Source of the DNA: Clostridia bacterium
Lineage (GTDB): Bacteria; Bacillota; Clostridia; Oscillospirales; CAG-382
Assembly (NCBI GenBank): GCA_017466805.1
Contig: JAFTTN010000088.1
Location: 721 to 64,720 of the forward strand
Direction: 5' to 3'
Length of the DNA stretch: 64,000 nt
Shown here piece after piece: positions 1-9,935 of this stretch. Every line of letters begins with the position of its first letter. The first letter of the stretch is position 1. The notes under the pieces are model-generated. The model did not search any database and had not been told where the DNA came from. It was given only the letters and a program-made list of their open reading frames with translations. The translations under genes and the position numbers were made by a program.

Positions 1-97
1 CGACGTAGTGCATCGGGTCGAGCGTGCGAACGCGTCTGCCTTCTTTTTTATTCTTGTTTTTTCTTGCTTTTTCAAGCTTTTTCTCTTCTTTAGTCAC
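1..97 (-). CDS. Partial (N-terminus only) protein, possibly 2-oxo-acid dehydrogenase E2-like acyltransferase catalytic-domain family
   Basis: AAAGGAG RBS then GTG; reads MTKEEKKLEKARKNKNKKEGRRVRTLDPMHYV and runs off the window. GRR.R.LDPMHY resembles the N-terminus of that family from recall. Confidence 0.45.
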   Translation of the reverse strand, partial: MTKEEKKLEKARKNKNKKEGRRVRTLDPMHYV

Positions 98-210
98 AGG
101 ATATCTCCTTTTTATAGGAATCATTAAAACGATTTTAACACATTTTTATCATTTTTTCAACAGTAACATTTATTTATTAAATAATAATTAAGAAATGCAG
201 GAAATAATGC

Positions 211-239
211 TTGAAATTGACGTAAATTTGTGTTATCAT
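211..239 (+). promoter_or_regulatory. sigma-A promoter of the solute-binding protein gene
   Basis: TTGAAA-17 bp-TATCAT with extended -10 TG. Confidence 0.55.
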
Positions 240-272
240 ATGCTGTCAGTATTTTTTTTAGGAGGAATATAA

Positions 273-1820
273 ATGAAACGTACAAAGCTTTTTGCTTTGC
301 TTCTCGTTCTTTGCTTCGTATGCAGCTTCGCGCTCACCGCTTGCGATAACGGCGAAGACGTAACCGAAAGCAGTGTTGCAGAGCAGAGCGGTTCTACCAA
401 CCCTTATCAGAACGCGAACGGCAAATACGTAGGCAGCTACAGCAGAGTTTGGGAAGACGAAACCATTACCTTCCTTACCTGCAGCGTTAACCCTACTTAT
501 GAATCCGAAATTCTTTTCAACACCTATGAGGACGGCACCACCCAGACCGTTCCCGAGGTACTTAACGACAACCTCAAATACCGCGCAAACTTTGTAGAAG
601 AGGTTTTGGGCATTACCGTAGAAGAAGAAAAGGTGCTTGACACCAGCCGTCCCGGCGGCGGTATGTGCACCCATATCCGCGAAGGCAACCTTTCCTCTAC
701 CGAGGACTACCAGATCGTAGTTCCCTGCCTTTACGACGGTGCCACCCTTGCGGTTGAAGGTCATCTCTATAACCTTCTCGGCAAGGAATTTGCAAACCTT
801 CAGATCGAAGCACCCTGGTGGAACCAGGATTTCAACAAGAATATGACATACGGCGGTCAGCTCTATTTCACCATCGGCGACCTCGGTACCGTTAACAAGG
901 GCTCGACTGCGGCTCTTTACGTTAACCTCGAGCTTTGGGAAAAGAACGGCCTTTCCGAAAAATACGGCGGCTCGCCCTACGAGCTCGTTCGTAACGGCAA
1001 ATGGACTGTAGATACCGTATTCGAAGCGGTAACCACCTTCGGCAGCGACGACGACAACAGCGGCACTATCGATTATAAGGATACTTTCGGCTGGGGCGGT
1101 CAGCTCGACGATATGTGGAGCATCTTCTATGCGTCCGGCGAAAAGATTGCACAGCCCGATGCAGACGGCTATCCCACTATTACCATTTACAACGAACGCA
1201 GCGCAAAGCTTATGGAAAAGCTTCAGGAGCTCGTTCAGAACAAGGAACACTATATTTCCGCAAACGACTACTTCGGCGTGGTTCAATGGCCCAGCGTTCT
1301 CGTTGAAGAAGGCTTTACCGACGGCAGAGCACTCTTCTACAACGCAAGCGTAGGCACCGTTATTAACCTCGGCGTTATGGAAAAGCCCTTCGGTATGCTT
1401 CCCGTTCCCAAGGCAGACGAAACCCAGGACGACTACTATTCGCTCGTTAACCCCTGGACCAGCACCTGCTTTGCAGTTCCCACCTGCGTTGTTGGCGATA
1501 AGCTCGCAATGACTATCGACGTACTCAACGTTATGGGCGCAGAAAGCCTTAATACCGTTGCTCCCAACTATCAGGAAATTCTCGAGTATATGAAGATACG
1601 CGACGACGATTCCGCAGATATGCTTAACAACTATATCCTTCCCAACCGCGGATGCGACGTCGGTATGGTATTCAAGTGGGGCAACCTCGATATCCTTCTT
1701 CACGATATGGCAAGCGCAAACATAGGCACCTTTGCTTCCAACTACGAAGCAAAGAAGGACGCCGCACAGAACGCGCTTGACGAAACTATCGACTTCTTCA
1801 AGGACAACGAAGGCAAATAA
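273..1820 (+). CDS. Extracellular solute-binding lipoprotein (ABC family 1, carbohydrate-type)
   Basis: GGAGGA RBS; signal peptide with lipobox LTAC; APWWNQ, GKWTVD, F.DGRALF and FGMLPVPK motifs. Confidence 0.85.
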   Translation: MKRTKLFALLLVLCFVCSFALTACDNGEDVTESSVAEQSGSTNPYQNANGKYVGSYSRVWEDETITFLTCSVNPTYESEILFNTYEDGTTQTVPEVLNDNLKYRANFVEEVLGITVEEEKVLDTSRPGGGMCTHIREGNLSSTEDYQIVVPCLYDGATLAVEGHLYNLLGKEFANLQIEAPWWNQDFNKNMTYGGQLYFTIGDLGTVNKGSTAALYVNLELWEKNGLSEKYGGSPYELVRNGKWTVDTVFEAVTTFGSDDDNSGTIDYKDTFGWGGQLDDMWSIFYASGEKIAQPDADGYPTITIYNERSAKLMEKLQELVQNKEHYISANDYFGVVQWPSVLVEEGFTDGRALFYNASVGTVINLGVMEKPFGMLPVPKADETQDDYYSLVNPWTSTCFAVPTCVVGDKLAMTIDVLNVMGAESLNTVAPNYQEILEYMKIRDDDSADMLNNYILPNRGCDVGMVFKWGNLDILLHDMASANIGTFASNYEAKKDAAQNALDETIDFFKDNEGK

Positions 1821-1833
1821 ATCGATTTTCACC

Positions 1834-1869
1834 AAGAAGCCCGAAAAGAATATTTCGGGCTTCTTTCTT
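1834..1869 (+). terminator. Rho-independent terminator
   Basis: AAGAAGCCCGAAA...TTTCGGGCTTCTT stem followed by a T-rich tract. Confidence 0.8.
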
Positions 1870-1883
1870 ATAAAAGGTGCATT

Positions 1884-2732
1884 ATGAAAATATTATCGTT
1901 TGGCGAAATACTTTGGGATATATTTCCCGAAGAAAAAAAGATAGGCGGCGCACCCTTTAATTTTGCGGCGCACTGTGCGCGCTTGGGCGCGGAAAGCTAT
2001 ATGGTTTCCTGCGTGGGCAGCGACGAAAACGGCAACGACGCGCTTTTGGAGGCAGACCGTCTTGGTATTAAGCGCGATTATATCGCGGTGGACAGAAAAT
2101 ACAAAACCGGATATTGCGCGGTAACGCTTAACGACGGAAAGCCCGAATACGATCTTGTGCGCGACGTTGCATATGACCACATTCCCTGCGTATGCCCGCG
2201 CGGAAAATTCGACGCGCTGTATATGGGCACGCTCGCAATGCGCTCTGCCGATTCGCGCAGGAGCTTTGAAAAGCTTATTAAATACGTCGAAACGAAAGAG
2301 GTATTCTTCGACGTAAACTTCCGCGGCGATTTTTACACGCGCGAGCTTGTGAACACATTATTAAAGGAAACGACTATACTTAAAATAAGCGACGAGGAAA
2401 TATCCTTCTTCGGCGCGCGCGACCATATTAACGTTCTGCTCGATATTGCAAAAAACAACCCGAAGCTGAAATATATATGCCTTACGCTCGGCAAGGACGG
2501 TGCGCTCGTTTTCGATTGCCGCAACCGCAATATTTTATATTCGGATAAGCCGAAGGGCAAGGTTGTTTCCACCGTCGGCGCGGGCGACAGCTTCGCCGCC
2601 TGCTTTTTATCGAGCTTGCTTTCGGGCTATAAGGTCGAGCAATGCCTTGACCGCGCGGTTGCTTTAAGCGATTTTGTGGTAACACAGCTCGGCGCGGTGC
2701 CCGATTACGACCCAAAAACGCTTTTTGCGTAA
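1884..2732 (+). CDS. PfkB-family carbohydrate kinase (fructokinase-like)
   Basis: GEILWD, GGAPFN, FDVNFR and C-terminal STVGAGDSF PfkB signature. Confidence 0.9.
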   Translation: MKILSFGEILWDIFPEEKKIGGAPFNFAAHCARLGAESYMVSCVGSDENGNDALLEADRLGIKRDYIAVDRKYKTGYCAVTLNDGKPEYDLVRDVAYDHIPCVCPRGKFDALYMGTLAMRSADSRRSFEKLIKYVETKEVFFDVNFRGDFYTRELVNTLLKETTILKISDEEISFFGARDHINVLLDIAKNNPKLKYICLTLGKDGALVFDCRNRNILYSDKPKGKVVSTVGAGDSFAACFLSSLLSGYKVEQCLDRAVALSDFVVTQLGAVPDYDPKTLFA

Positions 2733-2799
2733 AAAACTGTTGCATATCGCTTAAAAAAGCGTTATAATAGCAATACAAAATTTTAATTCGGAGGAAATT

Positions 2800-3039
2800 A
2801 TGGATATTCTCAAGAAAATTTGGCTGTTCTCCTTCAGAGAAAAGAAGGACGTTGCCGCTCTCGTTATCACAGTAATTCTTCACGTCGTTGCAGGCGTGGT
2901 TCTCGGCTTTGCAATCGGTTTGCTCGGCGCACTTCCCTTTGCGGGCACCATTATCAGCCTCGTATGCGGTCTTCTCGACCTCTATATTACCGCGGGCATC
3001 GTTTTCTGCTTCCTCGATTACTTCAAGGTAATTAAATAA
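2800..3039 (+). CDS. Small membrane protein (2 TM)
   Basis: GGAGGA RBS; 79 aa and hydrophobic; followed by a terminator. Confidence 0.7.
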   Translation: MDILKKIWLFSFREKKDVAALVITVILHVVAGVVLGFAIGLLGALPFAGTIISLVCGLLDLYITAGIVFCFLDYFKVIK

Positions 3040-3059
3040 TAAGAAAAACGAATAAAAAC

Positions 3060-3094
3060 AAGCTCTGTAAATTCGCGCTTACAGAGCTTTTTTT
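3060..3094 (+). terminator. Rho-independent terminator
   Basis: AAGCTCTGTAA...TTACAGAGCTT plus T run. Confidence 0.8.
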
Positions 3095-3095
3095 G

Positions 3096-3124
3096 TTGAC
3101 TTTATGCCTTTTAGGTGATACAAT
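3096..3124 (+). promoter_or_regulatory. sigma-A promoter of polA operon
   Basis: TTGACT-17 bp-TACAAT. Confidence 0.65.
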
Positions 3125-3155
3125 AATACTGAATAATTATGTGAGGGAAAAGCCG

Positions 3156-5639
3156 ATGGGAAAAGCGTTGATATTCGACGGAAACAGCATATTGAACAGA
3201 GCCTTTTACGGCGTGCGCCCGTTGAGCGCGCCCGACGGATTGCCGACAAACGCACTTTTCGGCTTTGTCGGAATGATAAACAAGGCGTTTTCGCAAATCG
3301 GCGGAAGCCCCGATTACTGTGCGATTGCCTTCGATTTAAAAGAAAAAACCTTTCGGCACAAGGCTTGCGAAAGCTACAAGGCAACGCGAAAGCCGATGCC
3401 GGAGGAGCTTGCCCTGCAAGTGCCGTTTGCACACGAGCTTGCAAGCGCGCTCGGCTTAAGGGTTATCGAAATCGCGGGGTACGAGGCCGACGATATTTTG
3501 GGAACTCTCTCGCACGAATTTACAAAAAACGGTGACCACACCTTTATCGTAACGGGCGACCGCGACAGCTTTCAGCTTATTAACGAAAGCGTAACGGTTT
3601 TGCTTGCCTCGAACGACGACACAAAGGTTACCACCCCCGCCGAAATAAAGGAAAAATACGGAGTAGAGCCGAAAAAGCTTATCGATATAAAGGCGATAAT
3701 GGGCGACAGCTCGGATAATATATCGGGCGTTGCGGGTATCGGTGAAAAGGGCGCGATAAAGCTTATTTCGGAATACGGCTCGCTCGATAACGTTTACGCA
3801 AATTTAGATAAAATCACCGGCAGCACGAACAAAAAGCTTACCGAAGGAAAGGAAAGCGCTTATACCTCGCGCTTCCTTGCCGAAATAAAGCTCGACGTGC
3901 CGCTCGGCTGTGAAATAAACGACTGTGCATACAACGGATGCGATATTTTAAAGCTCCGCGAGCTTTACACACGCTTGGGCTTTAGACAGTTTTTGGAAAA
4001 GCTCGAAGCCGCCGCACCGCAGGAGGCCGAGGAGGAGGAATTCCTTCCGATAAGCGAGCTTAAAGCTATTGAAGGCGAAACGCTTTACCTCCACGCCGAA
4101 AACGGCGAGCTTTATATATGCAACGGCAAGGACTGCTTTAAATGCGAAGCGGGCGAGGGTGTTGCCGCGGTAAATTCGGCAAAACGGGCGGTTTGCTGGT
4201 CGGCAAAGGATATTTTGCACGCCGCAAAAGGCGCGGGTGTGGATTTTATGCCCAAGCTCGACGATATTTCGCTTATGGCATATATTGTTTCCCCCGCGGA
4301 TAACGGCGTTACCTTCGGCAAAACCGCGCTCGACCTGTTGGGCGTTTCCTCGTCCGAGGTAAAGGTTTCTTTGCTTCCAAAGCTTTATTTGGCTTTGAAC
4401 GAAAGGCTTACCGAAAGCCTGCGCTCGCTATACGAAAGAATCGAGCTTCCGCTTGCAAGGGTTCTGTGCGATATGGAATTCCGCGGCTTTAAGGTCGATA
4501 GGCAGGCGCTCGACAGCTTCGGCGAAGCGCTAACGCAAACGATTGCCGAGGAGGAAGAGGCGATATGGGCACTCGCGGGCGAAAGGTTTAATATAAACTC
4601 AACGAAGCAGTTGGGGGTTATACTTTTCGAAAAGCTTATGCTTCCCCACTACCGAAAAACCAAAAGCGGCTATTCGACCGACGTTTCGGTGCTCGAAAAG
4701 CTTATTAATTACCACCCGATTATCGAGCTGATACTCGATTATCGCAAAAACACCAAGCTTAAAAACACCTATTGCGACGGCTTGGGCAAGCAGATAACGG
4801 CAGACAGCAGAATACACACCACCTTTAAGCAGGCACAAACGCTTACCGGCAGGCTTTCCTCGGCAGAGCCGAATTTGCAAAACATTCCCGTTCGCAGCGA
4901 AAAGGGCAAGGAATTGCGCAAATTCTTCGTTGCAGACAACGGAAATATTCTTATCGACGCCGACTATTCGCAAATCGAGCTGCGCGTCCTGGCACACGTT
5001 GCGAACGACGAAACGCTTATAAACGCCTTTGTCGGCGGCGAGGATATACACACGGTTACCGCAAGCCAGGTTTTCGGTGTTCCGCTCGATTCGGTCACCG
5101 CAGAAATGCGCAAGCGTGCGAAGGCGGTAAATTTCGGAATAATATACGGTATCGGCGATTATTCGCTTTCGCAGGATTTAAAGATCCCGAAAAAGACAGC
5201 GGCGGAATATATACAAAGCTATCTTGCAAGATACCCCGGCGTGCGCGATTATTTAGAGCAGACCAAGCAAAGCGCGCGTGAAAACGGTTACGTCGAAACG
5301 ATGTTCGGCAGAATACGCCATATACCCGAAATAAGCTCGAAAAACAAAAATCTGCAGGCGTTCGGCGAGCGCGTGGCGATGAACACGCCTATTCAGGGCG
5401 CGGCGGCGGATTTAATAAAGCTTGCAATGATACGCACCGACGAAATGCTGCGTGATGCGGGACTGAAGGCAAGGCTTATACTTCAGATACACGACGAGCT
5501 GATTATAGAAGCCCCGACAGACGAGGCGGAGCGCGCAAAGGAAATATTGCGCACGGCAATGCAGGGCGCGGCGGAATTAAAGGTTCCGTTGCAGGTCGAT
5601 ATCGGTATCGGAAAAAGCTGGTACGACGCAAAAGATTAA
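3156..5639 (+). CDS. polA: DNA polymerase I
   Basis: 5'-3' exonuclease motifs (DGNSILNRAFY, EADD, TGDRD); polymerase motifs TGRLSSAEPNLQNIP, DYSQIELRVLAH, AKAVNFGIIYG, LQIHDEL; start reset to ATG 3156. Confidence 0.97.
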   Translation: MGKALIFDGNSILNRAFYGVRPLSAPDGLPTNALFGFVGMINKAFSQIGGSPDYCAIAFDLKEKTFRHKACESYKATRKPMPEELALQVPFAHELASALGLRVIEIAGYEADDILGTLSHEFTKNGDHTFIVTGDRDSFQLINESVTVLLASNDDTKVTTPAEIKEKYGVEPKKLIDIKAIMGDSSDNISGVAGIGEKGAIKLISEYGSLDNVYANLDKITGSTNKKLTEGKESAYTSRFLAEIKLDVPLGCEINDCAYNGCDILKLRELYTRLGFRQFLEKLEAAAPQEAEEEEFLPISELKAIEGETLYLHAENGELYICNGKDCFKCEAGEGVAAVNSAKRAVCWSAKDILHAAKGAGVDFMPKLDDISLMAYIVSPADNGVTFGKTALDLLGVSSSEVKVSLLPKLYLALNERLTESLRSLYERIELPLARVLCDMEFRGFKVDRQALDSFGEALTQTIAEEEEAIWALAGERFNINSTKQLGVILFEKLMLPHYRKTKSGYSTDVSVLEKLINYHPIIELILDYRKNTKLKNTYCDGLGKQITADSRIHTTFKQAQTLTGRLSSAEPNLQNIPVRSEKGKELRKFFVADNGNILIDADYSQIELRVLAHVANDETLINAFVGGEDIHTVTASQVFGVPLDSVTAEMRKRAKAVNFGIIYGIGDYSLSQDLKIPKKTAAEYIQSYLARYPGVRDYLEQTKQSARENGYVETMFGRIRHIPEISSKNKNLQAFGERVAMNTPIQGAAADLIKLAMIRTDEMLRDAGLKARLILQIHDELIIEAPTDEAERAKEILRTAMQGAAELKVPLQVDIGIGKSWYDAKD

Positions 5640-5663
5640 ATACAATTAAAGAGGATATATAAA

Positions 5664-7214
5664 ATGCTTAAAAACTTAAACGGAAGAAAGGTACGCGAGC
5701 TTCTCGTTTACCCCGACTATACCGACAGAGAGCTTACCGGCAAGCTGACCGGCGGCAACTATTCCGAAGGACTTGCATCGATATCGGCTGTTATGAAGCA
5801 GGGCGGCCACGACGTAAAGCTTTTACATCTGCTTTATCTTCACAGCGAAGAGGAATTCAAGAAAAAGCTTGCCGCTATGGGCGAATTCGATATTATCGGC
5901 TTTTCGATTCGCACCACCGCCTTCCCCGATAGCCAACTTTATATTAAATGGGCAAAAGAGGTTATGCCCAATGCGTTTATTACCGCGGGCAGCTACCACT
6001 GCACTCTTGCTCCCGACGAGGTTATGAGCCTTACCGGTATCGACGCGCTTACTATCGGCGACGGCGAATACCAAGCGCTCGAGCTTGCCGACAAAATGAG
6101 CGCGGGCGAGGACTACACCAATATTCTTTCGATGTGGTTCAGAATGGAGGACGGCAGTATTAAGAAAAACCCCGTTGCTCCGCTGTTCGAGGACCTCGAC
6201 AGACTTCCCATTCCCGATTTCGAGCTGTTCGATTACGATAATCTCGACAGCGTAAAGGTCGGCACGGCTATTGTTATGATGAGCCGCGGCTGCCGCTACA
6301 ACTGCACCTATTGCGGCAACTCGCAGTTTAGAAACGTATACCCCAACAAAAAAATATATTCGCGCTTCCGCTCGCCCGAAAACGGTATCCTTTATTTAAA
6401 AACCCTGCTTGCAAAGCACCCGCAGATAAAGGTTATTAACTTCCGCGATGCGATATTTAATATGATGCCCGATTGGACCGACAAATTCTTGGAGCTTTAC
6501 ACCAAGGAAATACATCTGCCCTTTACCGGCAACATCCGCTTCGATATTCTTACCGAGGATTCGGTACGCAAAATGAAGGAGGCGGGCTGCTATACTATCG
6601 ATATGGGCTTGGAAAGCGGCGATCAGGAAATGCGCTTCAAGTACCTCAAGCGCTATATGACCGACGAAATGATTATTAACTGCAGTAAGTGGTTCCACAA
6701 ATACGGCATCGCTCAGCTTACCTATAATATAATCGGTCTTCCCTACGAGGATAAATACCGCGCGCTTAAAACGATAAAGCTTAACGCAAAGGCGGGCGCG
6801 GACAGAGTTATTCCCAACATTTTCTATCCCTACCCCGGCACAAAGCTTTACGATATTGCAAAAGAGGGCGGCTTTATTCCCGAGGGCGGCGTTTCGCCCG
6901 ATGCGCGCGTTCCGCTGGTACAGCCCCAATTCCCCGAGCACGAGGTTTTGTATCTGCAGGCGTACTTTGCTCACTTCGTTCGCCGCTACAAATGGGCTTA
7001 TGCTATGCCAAAATGGCTTGGCAAGCCCTATGAAAAATGGCTTGACCACCGCGCAACCGGCAAGCACGTTCCCTATAAATTCCTCGTTTGGCTGCACGAC
7101 GGCTATGCAAGGGTGCGCAACGGCTTGAAGAATATTCTTATCGACCATCTTCCCAAGGTATATATGAAGCTTCGCGTTTGGAAGCACAAGAAAAAGGCAA
7201 AAAAAGTAGACTGA
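5664..7214 (+). CDS. Cobalamin-binding radical SAM protein
   Basis: N-terminal B12-binding-like domain; SRGCRYNCTYC CxxxCxxC motif; GLESG; FYPYPGT. Confidence 0.85.
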   Translation: MLKNLNGRKVRELLVYPDYTDRELTGKLTGGNYSEGLASISAVMKQGGHDVKLLHLLYLHSEEEFKKKLAAMGEFDIIGFSIRTTAFPDSQLYIKWAKEVMPNAFITAGSYHCTLAPDEVMSLTGIDALTIGDGEYQALELADKMSAGEDYTNILSMWFRMEDGSIKKNPVAPLFEDLDRLPIPDFELFDYDNLDSVKVGTAIVMMSRGCRYNCTYCGNSQFRNVYPNKKIYSRFRSPENGILYLKTLLAKHPQIKVINFRDAIFNMMPDWTDKFLELYTKEIHLPFTGNIRFDILTEDSVRKMKEAGCYTIDMGLESGDQEMRFKYLKRYMTDEMIINCSKWFHKYGIAQLTYNIIGLPYEDKYRALKTIKLNAKAGADRVIPNIFYPYPGTKLYDIAKEGGFIPEGGVSPDARVPLVQPQFPEHEVLYLQAYFAHFVRRYKWAYAMPKWLGKPYEKWLDHRATGKHVPYKFLVWLHDGYARVRNGLKNILIDHLPKVYMKLRVWKHKKKAKKVD

Positions 7215-7215
7215 T

Positions 7216-8046
7216 ATGGCAGGAACACTTTATATAGTACCAACCCCTATCGGCAATTTAAGCGATATTACCGAGCGCGCGAAGGAAACGCTGGAAAGCG
7301 TTGATTTCGTTGCGGCGGAGGATACGCGTGTAGGCGGCAAGCTGTTAATGCTTTACGGCATAAAAAAGCCGCTCGTCGCCTACCACGAGCACACATCACG
7401 CAGTGTGGCGGAATCGATTATCGAGCGGATACAAAACGGCGAAAGCTGTGCGCTTATAACCGATGCCGGCACCCCCGCGGTGTCCGACCCCGGCGAAAAA
7501 TTGGTGCTCGCCTGCTCGCAGGCGGGTATCTGCGTTTGCGCTCTGCCGGGTGCCTGCGCGGCAATTGTTGCAATTTCTGCCTCGGGGCTTCCCTCGCGCA
7601 GATTTTGCTTCGAGGGCTTTCTGCCCGAAAACAAGCGCGAGCGCCGCGAGCGTATTGCAGAGCTCACGCGTGAAAAGCGCACGTTTATATTGTATATTTC
7701 TCCCCACGATGCCGAAGGCTATCTGCAAGAGCTTGCCGACGCGTTCGGCACAAGGCGTTGCGTGCTTTGCAAGGAATTGACCAAGCTGCACGAGCGATAT
7801 TTTCGCGGAAGCGTTGCCGATTTGAACACGCAGTTCAAATCGCTTTCCCCCGCCGAAAAAAAGGGTGAATACGTTATGGTTATCGAAGGAATGCCCGAGG
7901 AAGAGGCGTTCTGGGCGGAAATGAGCATCGAGGAGCACATCGAGCACTATATTGCGCTCGGGCTTTCGAAGATGGACGCCTGCAAAGCCGTCTCGCGCGA
8001 TCGCGGAGTGGGAAAAGGCGAAATTTACAAGATTATTAACAAATAA
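7216..8046 (+). CDS. rsmI: 16S rRNA (cytidine1402-2'-O)-methyltransferase
   Basis: LYIVPTPIGNLSDIT, AAEDTR, DAGTPAVSDPG, FEGFLP, KELTKLHE. Confidence 0.95.
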   Translation: MAGTLYIVPTPIGNLSDITERAKETLESVDFVAAEDTRVGGKLLMLYGIKKPLVAYHEHTSRSVAESIIERIQNGESCALITDAGTPAVSDPGEKLVLACSQAGICVCALPGACAAIVAISASGLPSRRFCFEGFLPENKRERRERIAELTREKRTFILYISPHDAEGYLQELADAFGTRRCVLCKELTKLHERYFRGSVADLNTQFKSLSPAEKKGEYVMVIEGMPEEEAFWAEMSIEEHIEHYIALGLSKMDACKAVSRDRGVGKGEIYKIINK

Positions 8047-8074
8047 CCCAAGCAGTTTTCGGAAAGGATATGCA

Positions 8075-9490
8075 ATGAAGACCTTCGGGATAAAAGCGGT
8101 AATATTTATTCTTATACTCTGCCTTGCCGTTCCGTCGGTCTGCTCAGCCGAAAACGGCTCTGCCGTTAATATATCGGTTGCCTGCTCGGGCGATATTCGC
8201 ATCGGCGGCGAGGCTGTGGTAAAAATTGCGGTTTCAAAGCCGTCACAAGCGCTCGAGGGAATCGAATTTATACTTAAATACGAAAAAACCGGTATCGAGC
8301 CGCTTTATACCGAAAACAGCGAAGACGGCAGAGAGCTCGATATTCTCGTCACCTCGATGCCTTCCGGCTGGGAGCAGATGAGCATTCATTCCGAAAACGG
8401 ATATTATCACTTCCGCTTCGCACAGAAGGACGGCGAAAGCAACCTGCTCGACGAGGATTGCGAGCTTGCGCTCGAAATTCCGTTTGCGATAACGAAAGCG
8501 GGGGTTTTCGATTTCACCGTCGAAAGCGAAAGCATTATCGCGGTAGCGGCGGACGAAGGCTCGAGCCTGCTTTGCGGTATCGGCGGAAAAGCCACCGCAA
8601 CCGTTGCGAACGAATCGCAAAAGCTTATCGCTTCGCTTTACGGAAGCGCAGAGGCGTTCGAGGACGGCAGCTACGCTCTTAAAATACGTGTTACGAACAT
8701 ACGCGATACCGAAGGAATTATTGCTTTTAGCTTCGATTTAAAATACGACAAAGCCGTTTTCATACCGAAAATAACCGCGAACGACCAAGAGCAGATGAAC
8801 GCATTTATTACCGAAGCGCCCCAAAGCAGTTGGGAGCAGATGTGCTCGCTCGATATAGAAAACGGGGTTTACACGCTGCGCTTCGCGGCGAAAACGGCGG
8901 AATCGCTTACCGAATCCGAAAGGCTTTTAATCGATAATTCGGTTTTGCTTACGATTCCGTTTAAGGTTATCGCACCCGAGGGCAATATTGCCGAATTCGT
9001 TATCGAAAGCGAAAGCATACGCGCGCTGAACAACGCAAACGGCGTAATTTACGGTGCGGGAAGCAGTCTTTTGGTAACCACCGAAAAAGCGGAAATCGGA
9101 GTTATTCCCGACCATTTGGGCTATGAAATTATCGACGGATACCTGCACCATATCGCCGAAAAAACAGACGTTTCGGAGTTTTTGGGCGAGCTGAACGGCT
9201 TTTACCTTTCCGATAGCGAGGGCAACGAAATAGAAGGCGGCAACGTTTGCTCGGGTTATATATTAACCGACGGAATAAACGGATATACCGTTGTGGTGCT
9301 CGGCGACGTAAACTGCGACGGCATTGCGGACACCTACGATTATATTCTTGCAAAGCGCATATATTTCGAAACCTACGTTGCAAGCGAGCTGCAAACGCTT
9401 GCCGCCGATATAAACGGCGATAAAAAGGTAGACCAATACGATTATATTCTTATAAAGCGCCATTATTTCGGCACTTACGTGATTGCTTAA
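8075..9490 (+). CDS. Secreted protein with two cohesin-like repeats and a C-terminal type I dockerin
   Basis: Signal peptide MKTFGIKAVIFILILCLAVPSVCSA; internal duplication (EGI..F.LKY/WEQM/ENG.Y..RFA/ESESI.A); dockerin GDVNCDGIADTYDY...AADINGDKKVDQYDY. Confidence 0.75.
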   Translation: MKTFGIKAVIFILILCLAVPSVCSAENGSAVNISVACSGDIRIGGEAVVKIAVSKPSQALEGIEFILKYEKTGIEPLYTENSEDGRELDILVTSMPSGWEQMSIHSENGYYHFRFAQKDGESNLLDEDCELALEIPFAITKAGVFDFTVESESIIAVAADEGSSLLCGIGGKATATVANESQKLIASLYGSAEAFEDGSYALKIRVTNIRDTEGIIAFSFDLKYDKAVFIPKITANDQEQMNAFITEAPQSSWEQMCSLDIENGVYTLRFAAKTAESLTESERLLIDNSVLLTIPFKVIAPEGNIAEFVIESESIRALNNANGVIYGAGSSLLVTTEKAEIGVIPDHLGYEIIDGYLHHIAEKTDVSEFLGELNGFYLSDSEGNEIEGGNVCSGYILTDGINGYTVVVLGDVNCDGIADTYDYILAKRIYFETYVASELQTLAADINGDKKVDQYDYILIKRHYFGTYVIA

Positions 9491-9491
9491 T

Positions 9492-9935
9492 ATGAAAAGA
9501 TTTTTAATTGCTTTAATCGCGCTTGCTTTTATGCTTCCGCTCTGCGCCTGCACCGAAAGCTACGAGCGCGCCGACGAATACGCAAACAAATTTATAACCG
9601 CTCTGCTCCTGCGCGACGAGGAGGCGATGAAGCAATATCTTCATCCCGATTATGCTTCCGAATCGCTCCCCGACGACAAATTTTACGAAACGCTCGAAAA
9701 GCAGTTTTTAACCGTCGGGCACCCTTTAACCAATCTTAGCGGAGTAGGAAAATCGAAAATTAAGGATATGGACGAGGATATGATGCGCTGCACCTATATC
9801 GCACGGGTAAACGAGCTTTTTTATACCGTAGAGCTGATTATTCTCGATAACGATAACGGATACGGAATCGTTTCGGTCGCAATGGTATTGAATACCGAGC
9901 TTGACTATTATTACCAAGAATCTATGGGTGAATAA
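9492..9935 (+). CDS. Hypothetical lipoprotein
   Basis: MKRFLIALIALAFMLPLCAC lipobox; overlapping operon packing. Confidence 0.7.
   Translation: MKRFLIALIALAFMLPLCACTESYERADEYANKFITALLLRDEEAMKQYLHPDYASESLPDDKFYETLEKQFLTVGHPLTNLSGVGKSKIKDMDEDMMRCTYIARVNELFYTVELIILDNDNGYGIVSVAMVLNTELDYYYQESMGE

Noticed and set aside
258-1835. 525-aa minus-strand ORF (likewise 14635-16056 -, 39067-40203 +, 6396-7187 -)
   Set aside because: Antisense shadows of well-supported genes with biased codon usage; no motifs or RBS.
5664-7214. RiPP cluster around the B12 radical SAM gene
   Set aside because: No precursor peptide, peptidase or transporter nearby; it is flanked by polA and rsmI.
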